Notes: generated by a model from the sequence alone, not told the origin. DNA of 28,059 nt from Candidatus Oleincola secundus (GCA_018400815.1 JAGYLS010000017.1:1-28059), one strand, 5' to 3'. Shown: positions 16,931 to 27,587, numbered from the stretch's first letter. Made by a program: numbers and translations.

Positions 16931-18043
16931 TTATTTTTCTTTTCTTACATTTCGATAAATTGAATTGATTATTTCTTCAGCAGCCTTTCGATTACCCATA
17001 TTTTTGCTGTTTTGAGCAAGCATTTTTATTCGTTTTTCGTTAAATAATAATTGCGATATTTCCAAAGAAAGCTTTTTCTCAGACAGATCATCTTGGGTTA
17101 TTATAATTGCAGCATGTTTATTCTCCAAATTTCTTGCATTATATAATTGATGGTCCCCGGTAGCATATGGGTATGGTATCAATATTGCAGGAAGACCCTT
17201 TGCAGTAAGCTCAGCAACCGTAGTGGCACCTGATCTGCAAATAACCAAATCAGCAAGTTCATAGGCATTTTCCATCTCATACAAATAAGATAAAGCATAA
17301 ATATTTTTTTTATATTTACAATGTGTTAACATTTCTTTAACTTTGCTATAATCATCTTTTCCACTAATTATTAAAATTTGCCATCTACTCCAAACTGTTT
17401 CATCAATCAAATCCAGGCAATCTAAAAAAGTTTTATTAATAACACTCGCTCCTTTGCTCCCTCCAAAAACTAAAATTGTTTTCTTGTCACTATCCATTCC
17501 AATTTTTTTAATTAATTCTTCTTTATTGCCCTGCCAAATTTCTTCTCTTACCGGATTCCCCAAACAAACTGTTTTATTCTTTCTCCAAAAATACTTCTTT
17601 GATTCAGAAAAACTGATAAATACGATTCTACTGGTCAACGATAAAAATTGATTGGTTATTCCCGGTATGGCATTTTGCTCATGAATAAAAGTTGGAATAC
17701 CCATTATGGATGAAACCAAGGCAACCGAAGAACTAACATAACCACCGGTACCTATTACCAGATCAGGCTTAATATTCTTAATCAATTTAAATGAACTAAT
17801 AATTGAATTAAGAAAAAGCAATATAGTAAAAATATTTTCCAGACATATCTTTCTTCTGATTCCTTTTACTTTTAAAGCAAAAAATTGGTAACCCTCTCTG
17901 GGAATAATTTCTGATTCCATTCCTCTATGACTACCTATAAATATTATTTCATTCTTCTTATCTTTTTTCTTCAATTCTTTGGCCAGACTTATCCCGGGAT
18001 AAATATGCCCTCCCGTGCCTCCTCCGGTTATAATAATCTTCAT
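16931..18043 (-). CDS. murG: Undecaprenyldiphospho-muramoylpentapeptide GlcNAc transferase
   Basis: GGGTGGH, HEQN, GNPVR, GGSKGA; start at ATG 18043 or 18061. Confidence 0.96.
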   Translation of the reverse strand: MKIIITGGGTGGHIYPGISLAKELKKKDKKNEIIFIGSHRGMESEIIPREGYQFFALKVKGIRRKICLENIFTILLFLNSIISSFKLIKNIKPDLVIGTGGYVSSSVALVSSIMGIPTFIHEQNAIPGITNQFLSLTSRIVFISFSESKKYFWRKNKTVCLGNPVREEIWQGNKEELIKKIGMDSDKKTILVFGGSKGASVINKTFLDCLDLIDETVWSRWQILIISGKDDYSKVKEMLTHCKYKKNIYALSYLYEMENAYELADLVICRSGATTVAELTAKGLPAILIPYPYATGDHQLYNARNLENKHAAIIITQDDLSEKKLSLEISQLLFNEKRIKMLAQNSKNMGNRKAAEEIINSIYRNVRKEK

Positions 18044-18047
18044 TACC

Positions 18048-19193
18048 TTATGATACTCCATTTTTTTCTACAGTATTTTTGGAAATATTCAAAAGAATGC
18101 CACAACAAAACATATTTGCTATAAGTGATGAACCGCCATAGCTTATAAATGGAAGACTAATCCCGGTTGTAGGGATTAATTTTGTTACAACACTGATATT
18201 AACCAACGCTTGAAAGACAATCAAAGAAGTAATACCGGCCGCTAACAATAAACCAAAGGTATCTCTTGATTTTAAGGAAATTAAAAATCCTCTCCAGAAG
18301 AATACAATAAACAAAATGATAATAGCAACTGCTCCGATAAAGCCTAATTCTTCACCAATAATGGAAAAAATAAAATCAGTATGTTGATCCGGAAGATAAA
18401 AATATTTTTGCCTGCTTTCAGCAATTCCTACTCCAAATAAACCACCACTCCCAAGTGCTAAAAGAGACTGAATAATATGAAATCCACTATTTAGTGGGTC
18501 TCCCCATGGGTTAAGGAAAGAAAGCAATCTTACTCTACGATAATCCTTTCCTAAAGCTAGAATCAATCCCGGTGGTACCAGTAAAATAATTAAAGCAAAC
18601 AACTGGGTAATTTGACTTCCTCCTATAAAGAGCATGATAAAAGAACAAACCATAATAACAATAGCAGTACTAAAATCAGGCTGACCAAAAACCAATAAGA
18701 AAATAAAAACGGTGATGATAAATATTGGCAATATACCCCATACAAAACTACTAATATCCTTTGCTTTTTTTCTGGTTAAACAATCGGCAATATAAAGTAT
18801 AAGGGCAATTTTGGCCATTTCTGAAGGCTGGAAAGAAAAAGGTCCAATAGAAAGCCATCTTTTAGCTCCCCTGATATATCTGGCAAATCCCGGTAAATAA
18901 AGCATTATTAATAAAAATATTGATAATAACAAAATAGGAATAGCAAATTTGCGCCAAATATGATAATCAATTCTTGAAGTTATAAAAAAAACAACTATGG
19001 CAATTACGGTGTAGATTGCTTGTCGGGTAAAAAAATAAAAACTGTTCCCATACCATTTATAAGCCATAATATAGCTGGAACTGAATACCATAATAACACC
19101 AATAGTCAGCAAAAGGAATACGGTAGCCAGCAGAATATAATCAGGTTGTTTTGTCTGAGATAAATTCATTTTATCTAACCATTCCTTATTCAT
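18048..19193 (-). CDS. ftsW: SEDS peptidoglycan polymerase FtsW
   Basis: FQPSEMAK, PDQHTDFIF and PFISYGGSS motifs; located upstream of murG. Confidence 0.93.
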   Translation of the reverse strand: MNKEWLDKMNLSQTKQPDYILLATVFLLLTIGVIMVFSSSYIMAYKWYGNSFYFFTRQAIYTVIAIVVFFITSRIDYHIWRKFAIPILLLSIFLLIMLYLPGFARYIRGAKRWLSIGPFSFQPSEMAKIALILYIADCLTRKKAKDISSFVWGILPIFIITVFIFLLVFGQPDFSTAIVIMVCSFIMLFIGGSQITQLFALIILLVPPGLILALGKDYRRVRLLSFLNPWGDPLNSGFHIIQSLLALGSGGLFGVGIAESRQKYFYLPDQHTDFIFSIIGEELGFIGAVAIIILFIVFFWRGFLISLKSRDTFGLLLAAGITSLIVFQALVNISVVTKLIPTTGISLPFISYGGSSLIANMFCCGILLNISKNTVEKNGVS

Positions 19194-19209
19194 TCTTGTG
19201 AATAATCAA

Positions 19210-20172
19210 TCAATAAAAAGGATAGGCAAGTAATCCTATCAGGGAAAAAATCAATCCTATCCCCCAAAATAATGTAACAATATTTACTTCTTGCCATTTC
19301 AATAACTCAAAATGATGATGTAATGGGCTCATTCTAAAAACAGGCTTTTGCTTTAGTTTAATAGATAGAACCTGTATAATTACTGACAATGTTTCAATGA
19401 CAAAGACACCACCTATTAATATTAAAAAAAACTCGGTGCCGGTTATAACAGCAATGCCAGCCAGAGCACCTCCTAAACCCAGAGAGCCAACATCACCTAA
19501 AAATATTTTTGCCGGATGAAAATTAAATAGTAAAAATCCGGCACATGAAAAAATGATTATCAAGGAAAATATCCCCAAATTATTTTGACCCTGGGCAAAA
19601 GCAATCAGGGCAAAAGCAATCAGGGCAATTATCATTAATCCTGTAGCCAGACCATCTAAGCCATCAGTAAGGTTAACTGCATTTGTTGAAGAGATAAAAA
19701 CAAGCACAATAAAAGGTATATAGATAATTCTGGAAATGAATAAAGAATTCTTTAAAAAAGGAATTATTATTGTTTGATCAATTGACTCATTTTGATAAAA
19801 CCATATTAAAAAAAAGACACAAATAGCAAATTGCATAACAAGCTTTGTCCTTGCCTTTAAACCTAACGATCTGCCTTTGTAATATTTTATGAAATCATCC
19901 AAGAAACCAACAAATCCAAAACCACATAACAGCAGGAAAACAATATATACGGAATTATCATCGGGCTGATAAAAGAGCAATGAAATGGCTATTGAAAGAA
20001 AAACTACCAGCCCACCCATGGTTGGGGTTCCCATTTTGTGTTGATGCAAATCAGGTCCTTCCTGTCTGATCCTCTGCCCAATATTGTGCTTGCGCTGAAT
20101 TTTTATAAAAAAAGGCGTTATAATGACCGGGAGAAAGAAGGCAACTAATAAAGATATTATGATTCTATGCAT
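19210..20172 (-). CDS. mraY: Phospho-N-acetylmuramoyl-pentapeptide transferase
   Basis: GTPTMGG, GFLDD, NAVNLTDGLDGL, FLGDVGS, PLHHHFE; ATG at 20172 overlaps the murF stop. Confidence 0.96.
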   Translation of the reverse strand: MHRIIISLLVAFFLPVIITPFFIKIQRKHNIGQRIRQEGPDLHQHKMGTPTMGGLVVFLSIAISLLFYQPDDNSVYIVFLLLCGFGFVGFLDDFIKYYKGRSLGLKARTKLVMQFAICVFFLIWFYQNESIDQTIIIPFLKNSLFISRIIYIPFIVLVFISSTNAVNLTDGLDGLATGLMIIALIAFALIAFAQGQNNLGIFSLIIIFSCAGFLLFNFHPAKIFLGDVGSLGLGGALAGIAVITGTEFFLILIGGVFVIETLSVIIQVLSIKLKQKPVFRMSPLHHHFELLKWQEVNIVTLFWGIGLIFSLIGLLAYPFY

Positions 20173-21610
20173 TGTAAGATGTCCCCTCATTTGTCTTACT
20201 TTTTTTCCAATCCCGTGCAATGCCTTCCATCTGCATACCTCGAGAACCTTTCAGTAAGACAATACTATTATCGGGTAATTCCTTTTTTAGCATACTCAAT
20301 ATTTTGTCTTTTTCCGCCTTACCGAAAGAAAATACTTTCTCACTGTCCATTCCCTGTTTTAGGGCTCCCTGAACAATCAATTCTGCATAATCTCCAAACC
20401 CTATCAACCTATCAAAAGATAGATTTGCAGTTATTTTTCCTATTTCCCGATGATATGCATTGGTTTGCTCTCCCAGCTCCAGCATATCCCCTAACACGGC
20501 AACTTTAAAACTATCTCCGGAAATATCAGCAATACTTTTTAAAGCCTCTGTTACTGCGCTAGGGTTAGAGTTGTAACAATCCTGTACTAACTTTATCCCC
20601 CGGTCCAGAAATAAATATTCCATACGCATTTCCGGTGAACAAAAACTAGATATATGATCAATCATCTCCTCAATTGAAATATGCATCTTTATCCCTGCTG
20701 CGAGGGCAGCCAGAAAATTATAGGCATTGAATTTACCTAATAATGGCAGAAAAATAGGGTATTTTTTTTCTTTAAATAAAACATCGAAGTGAATTCCTTT
20801 TTCTTTCTCTTGCCATAGATTTTCAGCTCTTAATTGGGCTTCCGGATGAAATCCGTAACTTAATAAATAATTATGGCTTGTCATGCAATCCTTAAAATAT
20901 TCAAAATATGAATCATCCCGGTTAAGAATGGCTGTTCCGTTGTCTTGTAGTGATAAAATAATTTCGGATTTTTCCCTGGCAATATTATCTCTGCTCTTAA
21001 ATAAACCAATATGTGCTTCACAAACATTGGTAATAATGGCAATATCCGGTTTTACAATATTGGTCAGTTCCTTTATTTCGCCCAATTTGCGCGCAGCCAT
21101 TTCTAAAACCAATATATCATGATTTGAATCAAGGTTAAGAAGAGTTAACGGTACCCCAATTTCATTATTGTAATTACCTTTAGACTTCAAAACATGATAT
21201 TTAGAATTCAATAAGTGAACAATCATTTCCTTGGTGGTAGTCTTACCATTACTTCCGGTAATACAGATATTCACTGGTTTAAATAAGGAATGGTAGTGAT
21301 GTGCCCATAATTGTAGTGCTGATAATGAATTATCAACCAATAATATGGGCTTAATAATCTCTTTATCTAAATTATGTAAAGATTTTTGAGACTGATAAAA
21401 ACTTTTTTCAAGAACAATAGCAGATGCTTCTTTTTCGATAGCCTCGTTAATAAACTGATGACCGTCATATTTTTCTCCTCTCAAGGCAAAAAAAACTTCA
21501 TCTTCCCTTATTGTCCTGCTATCAATAGAGATATTTTCAAATTTTGCATCAAGGTCACCCAATAGTATTGCTCCAGGCATTACGCCTACCAAATCCCTTA
21601 ATCGAAACAC
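20165..21610 (-). CDS. murF: UDP-N-acetylmuramoyl-tripeptide--D-Ala-D-Ala ligase
   Basis: ITGSNGKTTTKE, NNEIGVP, LGDMLELG, LLKGSRG. Confidence 0.95.
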   Translation of the reverse strand: MFRLRDLVGVMPGAILLGDLDAKFENISIDSRTIREDEVFFALRGEKYDGHQFINEAIEKEASAIVLEKSFYQSQKSLHNLDKEIIKPILLVDNSLSALQLWAHHYHSLFKPVNICITGSNGKTTTKEMIVHLLNSKYHVLKSKGNYNNEIGVPLTLLNLDSNHDILVLEMAARKLGEIKELTNIVKPDIAIITNVCEAHIGLFKSRDNIAREKSEIILSLQDNGTAILNRDDSYFEYFKDCMTSHNYLLSYGFHPEAQLRAENLWQEKEKGIHFDVLFKEKKYPIFLPLLGKFNAYNFLAALAAGIKMHISIEEMIDHISSFCSPEMRMEYLFLDRGIKLVQDCYNSNPSAVTEALKSIADISGDSFKVAVLGDMLELGEQTNAYHREIGKITANLSFDRLIGFGDYAELIVQGALKQGMDSEKVFSFGKAEKDKILSMLKKELPDNSIVLLKGSRGMQMEGIARDWKKSKTNEGTSYNA

Positions 21611-23057
21611 CTATTTATCACCTTTTCCTGTTAATATTTTTGAGATAACTTCTTCATCATTATGGTATATAACTCGATCCTGATAAACCTGTTCTGTCTC
21701 GGGTCCTTTACCGGCAATTAGAACTATATCATTTTTCTCAGCCATATTGAGGGCATGCTCAATAGCCTGATACCTATCCAGAATAACTTGATAATTGCTA
21801 TTTTTAACCTCTTTTAATCCCTTTTCAATTTCTCTTGCTATTTTCTCCAGGCTTTCACTTCGAGGATTATCAGCGGTTATAATACTGTAATCACTATGCA
21901 TCCCTACTACCTTTCCCATTTTCTCTCTTACCCGGCTATCTCTTTCGCCACCATGGCCAAAGATGGTAATAATTTTATTTCTGGGAAACAATTCCAGCGT
22001 TTTTAAGATATGCTCCAATCCATGATAATTATGGGCAAAATCAATGATTATAGTATATGGCTGTCCATATTCTATAATTTTATATCTGCCCGGAGCTCCC
22101 GGAAATTTTCGAAAAGCCCTGGCTATTACTTCTAGTGAAATCCCCTGGCTTACTGCCGCCGCAATAGCTGCCAGGGCATTGTATATATTGTATTTCCCGC
22201 TCATGTTTAACAATACCCGCACATCTCCCAGGGGAGTTTCAGCAATAAAAGCGGTTTTCTTTATATCAATAAATATATTACGAGCCCGAAACATGGCTTT
22301 TTTTTCAATTCCATAAGTAATCTTATCTACCTGAAGACAATCAATAAATTCATCTGCATACATTTCGTCTATATTGACAATTCCTTTTTTCTGATAAATA
22401 TCCTTTTTTGAAGAATTTAGCGATTGGAATAATTTCTTTTTGCTATCCAGATAATTTTGAAAATTTTTATGAATTTCAAAATGTTCATCACTAATATTGG
22501 TGAAAATGGCTACATCAAAGTCACATCCCTCAACTCTTGACAGGCTAAGTGAATGTGAAGAAACTTCCATAATACAATAATCAGTACACTCTGAAAGCAT
22601 CTTGCAAATGTTGCAAACCAAAGACTCCATAGTAGTCATCATTTTGGAATTTTTGACTGCGGTTATGTCGCTAACAAACCAACTTTTTATTTGCTTCCTC
22701 AAGTATTGCTTTAACATATAAGCAACTGTTGTCTTTCCGTTTGTGCCGGTAATTCCTATTACCTTAGCCATAAGATAACTGCACATGATTTACATTGCGC
22801 CAATGCTTTTCTTTGTATCTTTCACCTTATCACACTAATGTCCATTATTTATGGGTATATATCTTTTTTTGCAGTAAAATAGCCCCTGCTCCTTTAATTG
22901 AATAAATTCTATGGCCAATCCATAACAAAAACCTCGATACATACAAATAGATAACCTCTTAACTGTTTTAGAGTTTTGAGATATTCCGCTTTATATCAAT
23001 ATTAATATCACCCTTACCTTTTATCTTTAAATCTTTAATTAACTCTGATAATTTCAA
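21611..23057 (-). CDS. murE: UDP-MurNAc-Ala-Glu--diaminopimelate ligase; 5' part frameshifted in this sequence
   Basis: GITGTNGKTT, MEVSSH, DNPR (meso-DAP type) and AGKG; N-terminal MKLSELIKDL...DISGISQNSKTVK readable from TTG at 23057 in another frame. Confidence 0.88.
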
Positions 23058-23165
23058 TTTGTCATCCCTATATTCTTATTTGATAAAATTTTAATAATTT
23101 TCACTACCAAAAAACACATAAAGAATATCTTACTGAATACACTCCTCAAAAAGTAAAATAATTCT

Positions 23166-24845
23166 TCAGTAATCTTTATTCAGAGGGATTGAGAGATAAG
23201 GAAGTATCTTTGAAGCAATTTCTGAAAAAAAACCAAGGAGAGCAGCTACTGTCCCACCATAATAATCTCCTTTAGGTTCGTCCAGCATAACCAGGATAGT
23301 GATTTCTATCATGACTGGGAGCAAAACCCACAAACCAAGAAGTAAATTCTTCCTGAATATTCTTCCCAAAGAAAATAAATCTTTGGGAAGTACCTGTTTT
23401 TCCGGCCGTTTACAATTTGTCAGTTTTGCCCTGCTGCCTGTACCATCATTAACAACTTCCTGTAAAATATTCATCATAGTATTTGCCGTATCAGGAGAAA
23501 CTACCTGTCGTGCTCTTTCTATGAGTCCAGCACGTCAGACAATGAGATATACCCTGAATCCATAATTTTCACAGCAAATAAGATCTATTTCCATTCAAAT
23601 GCCCTGTTATCTTGTGTTCAGCTTGTCTCCATAACCAATTGAAGTGGAGTTACTGATATTTCCTGCCTAGACAGAGAAGCAATAGAAATTTTAGACCATT
23701 GGTTTACCGGGCCTGAATCCTGGCTGCTGCCAGGTAAATTAATGCTGGTTTTTCTCCAAAAAACTGAAATACAATTGACTAGCAAAAATATTTTCATCAA
23801 TTGCATCTACCCTCAATTACCCCAACATTACAGGAATTCTTCATGGGCTCTCTGTCAAATCTTGATGACCATGGGGGTGGAATGTCTCAATAACTGTACC
23901 ATGGTATTTAATCCACCCCTTACAGTTAAAATGATCATTCAGGGCTAGCATAATTATTCAACGCAGCAATTGTAAAGATTTTAAATGTCAGAACTGGGTT
24001 CACATAATTATCTGTAATTGGGTGCTATTTTTCCAATAGCTTCCGGGTGATATTTGAAAACGATTAAGATTATAAGTAGGTTTTGTAGCCATACTTAAGA
24101 ATTTCTCCTGTTTTAGGACTAACCACTATAGCTACGATCTTGGATGATACTGCTGATAGGCTTTTCCAGCGCCTCTTCGGTAATATACTGATAACTTCAT
24201 CAATTAATACAATTGAATTTCCGTCCTTAGAAGGTTGCGTCCTTTCCATGCTTAAGGGTATTTTTTCTCCCGATGGTCCCTTCCATTACAACTAAGCCTC
24301 TGCAGGTACTTTTTTAACTCATTATCAAATGCATCTCAAGACCTTCCAGTCCCTAAGTGATACGCTCTGACAAAACCAAGCAGGTTAGCAGCCAAAGAAT
24401 CTTTAGGATGTAATATCTCGTGCTCTCAGTTACAAAATTAACCCCTTCTTAATCCCATTTTTGTATTTCATCATAATTATTCTGAGACAGTTTTCTTCGA
24501 ATCCAGACAAAGTATTTTCTTTTCTAGCTCTGCTCTAAACTCTCGAAGATGGGCATCTATTTTTTCTGAAAGAATTCTGGCAATTTCATCGGGATTATCA
24601 ACCTTATAAGGTATGGTAAATAAAGATTTTGAATCAACATTGACAGCTAATTTTTTAAATTCCGGTCAAAGATGAGTCCTTGCCTTCCAAACATATGGAA
24701 ATAATATGCTCTCTTCTGGCAAGTTCATTTAGTTTACTGCCTCTACAACTTGTATTTGAAAAAAAAGAAGGTAAATTAATGTTAAAAATAATAATAAAAG
24801 CAATGATTAATAGATGAACTTTTTCTTTTCAGTCAATAGAAACAA
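23166..24845 (-). pseudogene. ftsI: Class B penicillin-binding protein (FtsI/PBP2B-like), multiply frameshifted (probably sequencing error); ends approximate
   Basis: Fragments GLIFDRNLKKLAVN, YFVWIRRK, LAANLLGFV, GLEGLE, TFKIF (SxxK region), VVNDGTG and KTGTSQ occur in shifting frames. Confidence 0.82.
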
Positions 24846-24882
24846 AAATATTGTGCCTCCTGCCTGTTAAGATCTACATGTA

Positions 24883-25322
24883 ATCATCTCATTGATTTTT
24901 AAATACTTGTAAACTAGCAAACTCTCTCAGGAAATTACCCGCCTCTAAATAATTTGACCCTTGTTCCTCCTCAGAAGGCTGGCTGGCAACCATAAGACTA
25001 TTTATATTTGGCAGGAAGCATGGCAATAAATTTCATCTTTCCGGCCTACCATTCCTAATTCCTGGGATGCTATTTTTCAATCCTGGTTAATGAAGAAAGG
25101 CACCCAACTGAATATTCCAGCTGATAATTTTCTGCTAATAGCTGTTCTCTTTGCTCAAGATCAATTGATTGGTAGCCTAATTTCATCAATACAATATTGC
25201 TGCATATAAGTCCAATAACTAACAGGCTACTATAATAATAATGAATAGAAAAAGAGAGAATGATATTTTATGATTTTTCCCTGAAATTGATTATTTTCTT
25301 CAATGAATATGATTTCTCTCAT
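24883..25322 (-). pseudogene. ftsL: Cell division protein FtsL-like, frameshifted (probably sequencing error); 3' end approximate
   Basis: TM segment followed by LLAENYQLEYSVGCLSSLTRIEK / ASQELGM; located between rsmH and ftsI. Confidence 0.7.
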
Positions 25323-26245
25323 TTTTCGACACTTCCTGGAAATATTTTTTCAGCAATCATTTTAGCACTTCTGTTTCAAGTGATTTTCCTTATCTATTCC
25401 TCAGAAGGATAGATTGGCTTTTGATAATATCCTACCCTATGTTATTTAGCTTAAGATTATCCTTATTTGCCATTTCTTTAAAAGTATATGTTTAGCAATT
25501 CTATCTTCCAAAGAATGATAAGAAATTATACAAATTCTTCCCTGCGGCTCTAACATTTTAACCGCTTCCTTTTAATGCTCTTTTCAATGTATTCAGCTCA
25601 TCATTTACTTCAATTTAAAGCTTGAAATACTTCGAGTGGCCGGATGTATATGCCACTTATTTTTATATCTGGTATAAATATCTGTAACCAACTTTGCCAG
25701 ATGTTTGGTTGTTTCAATTTGTTTGTTTTTCTTTCTTTAACAATCAACTCTGGCAATTGACTGGAAAACAAGTGTTCTTCTCCGTATTTACTGAATATTT
25801 CCCATAATTCTTTTCTGAATAGTATTTACAATATAGCGGGCATCAAATTGTTTGCTCAGATCCATTCTCATATCTAAAAAAAATTATCTTCCAAAACTGA
25901 AGCCCTTGGTTTATTGTCAACTCTGATAGAAGATAAACCCAGATCAAACAATACTCCGGTAACTTGTTTATAGCCCAAATCCTGTAATAATATTTTTAAA
26001 TCTGTAAAATTACTTTTTACTATAATCACTTTATCCTGATAAGCTTTTAATTTTTCTCTGGCAAATTCTAAAGCCTCAATATCTTGATCCAAGCCAATAA
26101 GCAAGCCATCAGGGTAAATCTCTTTAATTATTTCTTCTGAGTGACCACCCCCTCCTAAAGTACAGTCAAGATAAATTCCCTTTTTTTTGGTAATTAAATA
26201 GTTCAACACTTGCGAACACATCACCGGAGTGTGAAAATTTATCAC
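25319..26245 (-). pseudogene. rsmH: 16S rRNA m4C1402 methyltransferase RsmH (MraW); 3' two thirds frameshifted (probably sequencing error)
   Basis: HTPVM...DCTLGGGGHS...FDLGLSS intact; later fragments [23 protein letters not shown] and RSAK in other frames. Confidence 0.88.
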
Positions 26246-26694
26246 GAGTCCTGTCCTTCTTTTTCATAGATACGTTCAGCAATATCTTCATAGGAATGTT
26301 CTGTTTCTTCTGCATATCCTTCCCATTTTGTTAAGTCCCATATTTCGATACGTTCAAAAACACCTATTATCATGACATTTTTGCTAATTTCTGCATAATC
26401 TCTTAAGTGTTTAGAAATAACTACTCTTCCCTGCTGATCAAAATGACTAACTAGTGCTCTGGAGGCTAATGTCCTTTTAAAGGCCCTAGCATCTTTTCTA
26501 CCTAAAGGTAGTTCTTGAAGGTTATTAGCTAATTTCTTCCATTCTTCCATGGGATAAACAAAAAGACATTTATCCAATCCGAAAGTAATGATAAAAGTAT
26601 CACCTAAATCTTCCCGAAAATTAGATGGCATAATTATTCTTCCCTTTTTATCCAAAGAATGTTCATATTGACCTAGGAACATCATATTTGCCAC
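26242..26694 (-). CDS. mraZ: Transcriptional regulator MraZ
   Basis: MFLGQYEHSLDKKGR...DQQGR...IEIWD; start may be ATG at 26685 or 26682. Confidence 0.96.
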   Translation of the reverse strand: MANMMFLGQYEHSLDKKGRIIMPSNFREDLGDTFIITFGLDKCLFVYPMEEWKKLANNLQELPLGRKDARAFKRTLASRALVSHFDQQGRVVISKHLRDYAEISKNVMIIGVFERIEIWDLTKWEGYAEETEHSYEDIAERIYEKEGQDS

Positions 26695-26714
26695 TTTCCT
26701 CCACTTTCCTCCAC
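26691..26714 (-). promoter_or_regulatory. MraZ-binding direct repeats
   Basis: GTGGAGGAAA-GTGGAGGAAA-GTGG: three GTGG units with 10 nt period, immediately downstream of a TATACT -10-like hexamer (26728-26723). Confidence 0.82.
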
Positions 26715-26922
26715 TTGTGTATAGTATACTACATTTGAATAAAAAAATCCTCTTTTTTGAAAAATATTTTTTTAAAATTTTTAAAAATATTGATAAAAAA
26801 TGAATATGATTTTATTGCTGGTAGATACTTTATTTTTAGGGCAGTCAAAGTATTATATTTTTTGAAAATAATAATTGGTGGGTAATTATAGTTGTGGAGT
26901 GCTTAACCTATTACTATCTGAA

Positions 26923-26965
26923 TCAAAAAGAGAGACATACTATAAAAGTATATCTCTCTTTTTGA
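26923..26965 (-). terminator. rnpB terminator (possibly bidirectional)
   Basis: TCAAAAAGAGAGACATACT-ATAAA-AGTATATCTCTCTTTTTGA: 19 bp stem with one G-U pair on the minus strand, directly after the RNA 3' end. Confidence 0.85.
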
Positions 26966-27329
26966 CAAGTAAATCATAAGCCGAGTTCTGTCATTATATT
27001 TTCTTGAAGTTAAAAGAAAATATAATGTGGTAATCATCTATCTAGGGTATAAGTTACCTTATACCTCAAGCGATCTACCCGGAAACTTATAGCGGACCAC
27101 TACCTGTTTCCTTCTTGATCTTGCTCCAAGTGGGGTTTACTAAGCTTATTGGTTGCCCAATAACTGGTAGGCTCTTACCCTGCCTTTTCACCATTGCCAG
27201 AACGGCTGTTTCTTTTCTGTAGCACTTTCCCGGGGTCACCCCCGCTGGGGATTACCCAGCACTCTGTCCTATGGAGCTCGGACTTTCCTCAGACTGCAAA
27301 TACAGGCCTGCGATTACCTGATTTACTTG
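26966..27329 (-). ncRNA. rnpB: RNase P RNA, bacterial type A
   Basis: GAGGAAAGTCC near the 5' end, AGTGCTACAGAAA, GGTGAAA, GGTAAGAGC, GGAGCAAG, ACAGAACTCGGCTTA near the 3' end; P1 CAAGTAAATCA/TGATTTACTTG. Confidence 0.97.
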
Positions 27330-27386
27330 CCAGTAGTAGATAAGCCTAGCTTATCTACTATATTACCAGAAATTAGAAAAAAATTT

Positions 27387-27573
27387 AAGGGGTTTCAGGG
27401 GAAGCTATTCCCCTGACGAAATTACCTTATGGTAATTTATCTTAAATTATTAACAATACAAAATACCTATTAGATTACAGATAGCATGTTACTTATTAAT
27501 GTATTTGGACTCGATACTATATACTCGATACTAATTAAAAAAGGGGTTTCAGGGGAAGCTATTCCCCTGACGA
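27387..27573. repeat. Pair of exact 33 bp palindrome-containing direct repeats (27387-27419 and 27541-27573)
   Basis: AAGGGGTTTCAGGGGAAGCTATTCCCCTGACGA occurs twice, 121 bp apart; internal stem TCAGGGGAA/TTCCCCTGA. Confidence 0.9.
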
Positions 27574-27587
27574 TAAATGAGCTCTGC

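Noticed and set aside
19593..19628. Exact 15 bp in-frame tandem repeat (GGGCAAAAGCAATCA x2.4) in mraY
   Set aside because: Encodes ALIAF-ALIAF in a TM helix of apparently normal length; no sign of functional significance
23166..23806. Independent small genes at 23166-23477 and 23618-23806
   Set aside because: They are frameshifted fragments of the single ftsI-like gene
1889..23948. Plus-strand ORFs from the track (e.g. 1889-2080, 7310-7618, 10995-11396, 11514-12008, 14720-15067, 20167-20508)
   Set aside because: Antisense shadows of well-supported minus-strand genes with no recognisable motifs
22580..25930. Programmed frameshifting or alternative genetic code in the broken genes
   Set aside because: Too many irregular frame changes; all other genes read normally in code 11 with TAA, TAG and TGA stops
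27387..27573. Possible mini CRISPR array (33 bp palindromic repeats containing GTTTCA)
   Set aside because: Only two repeats, a 121 bp spacer far longer than typical, no GAAA(C/G) 3' end and no cas genes in the window
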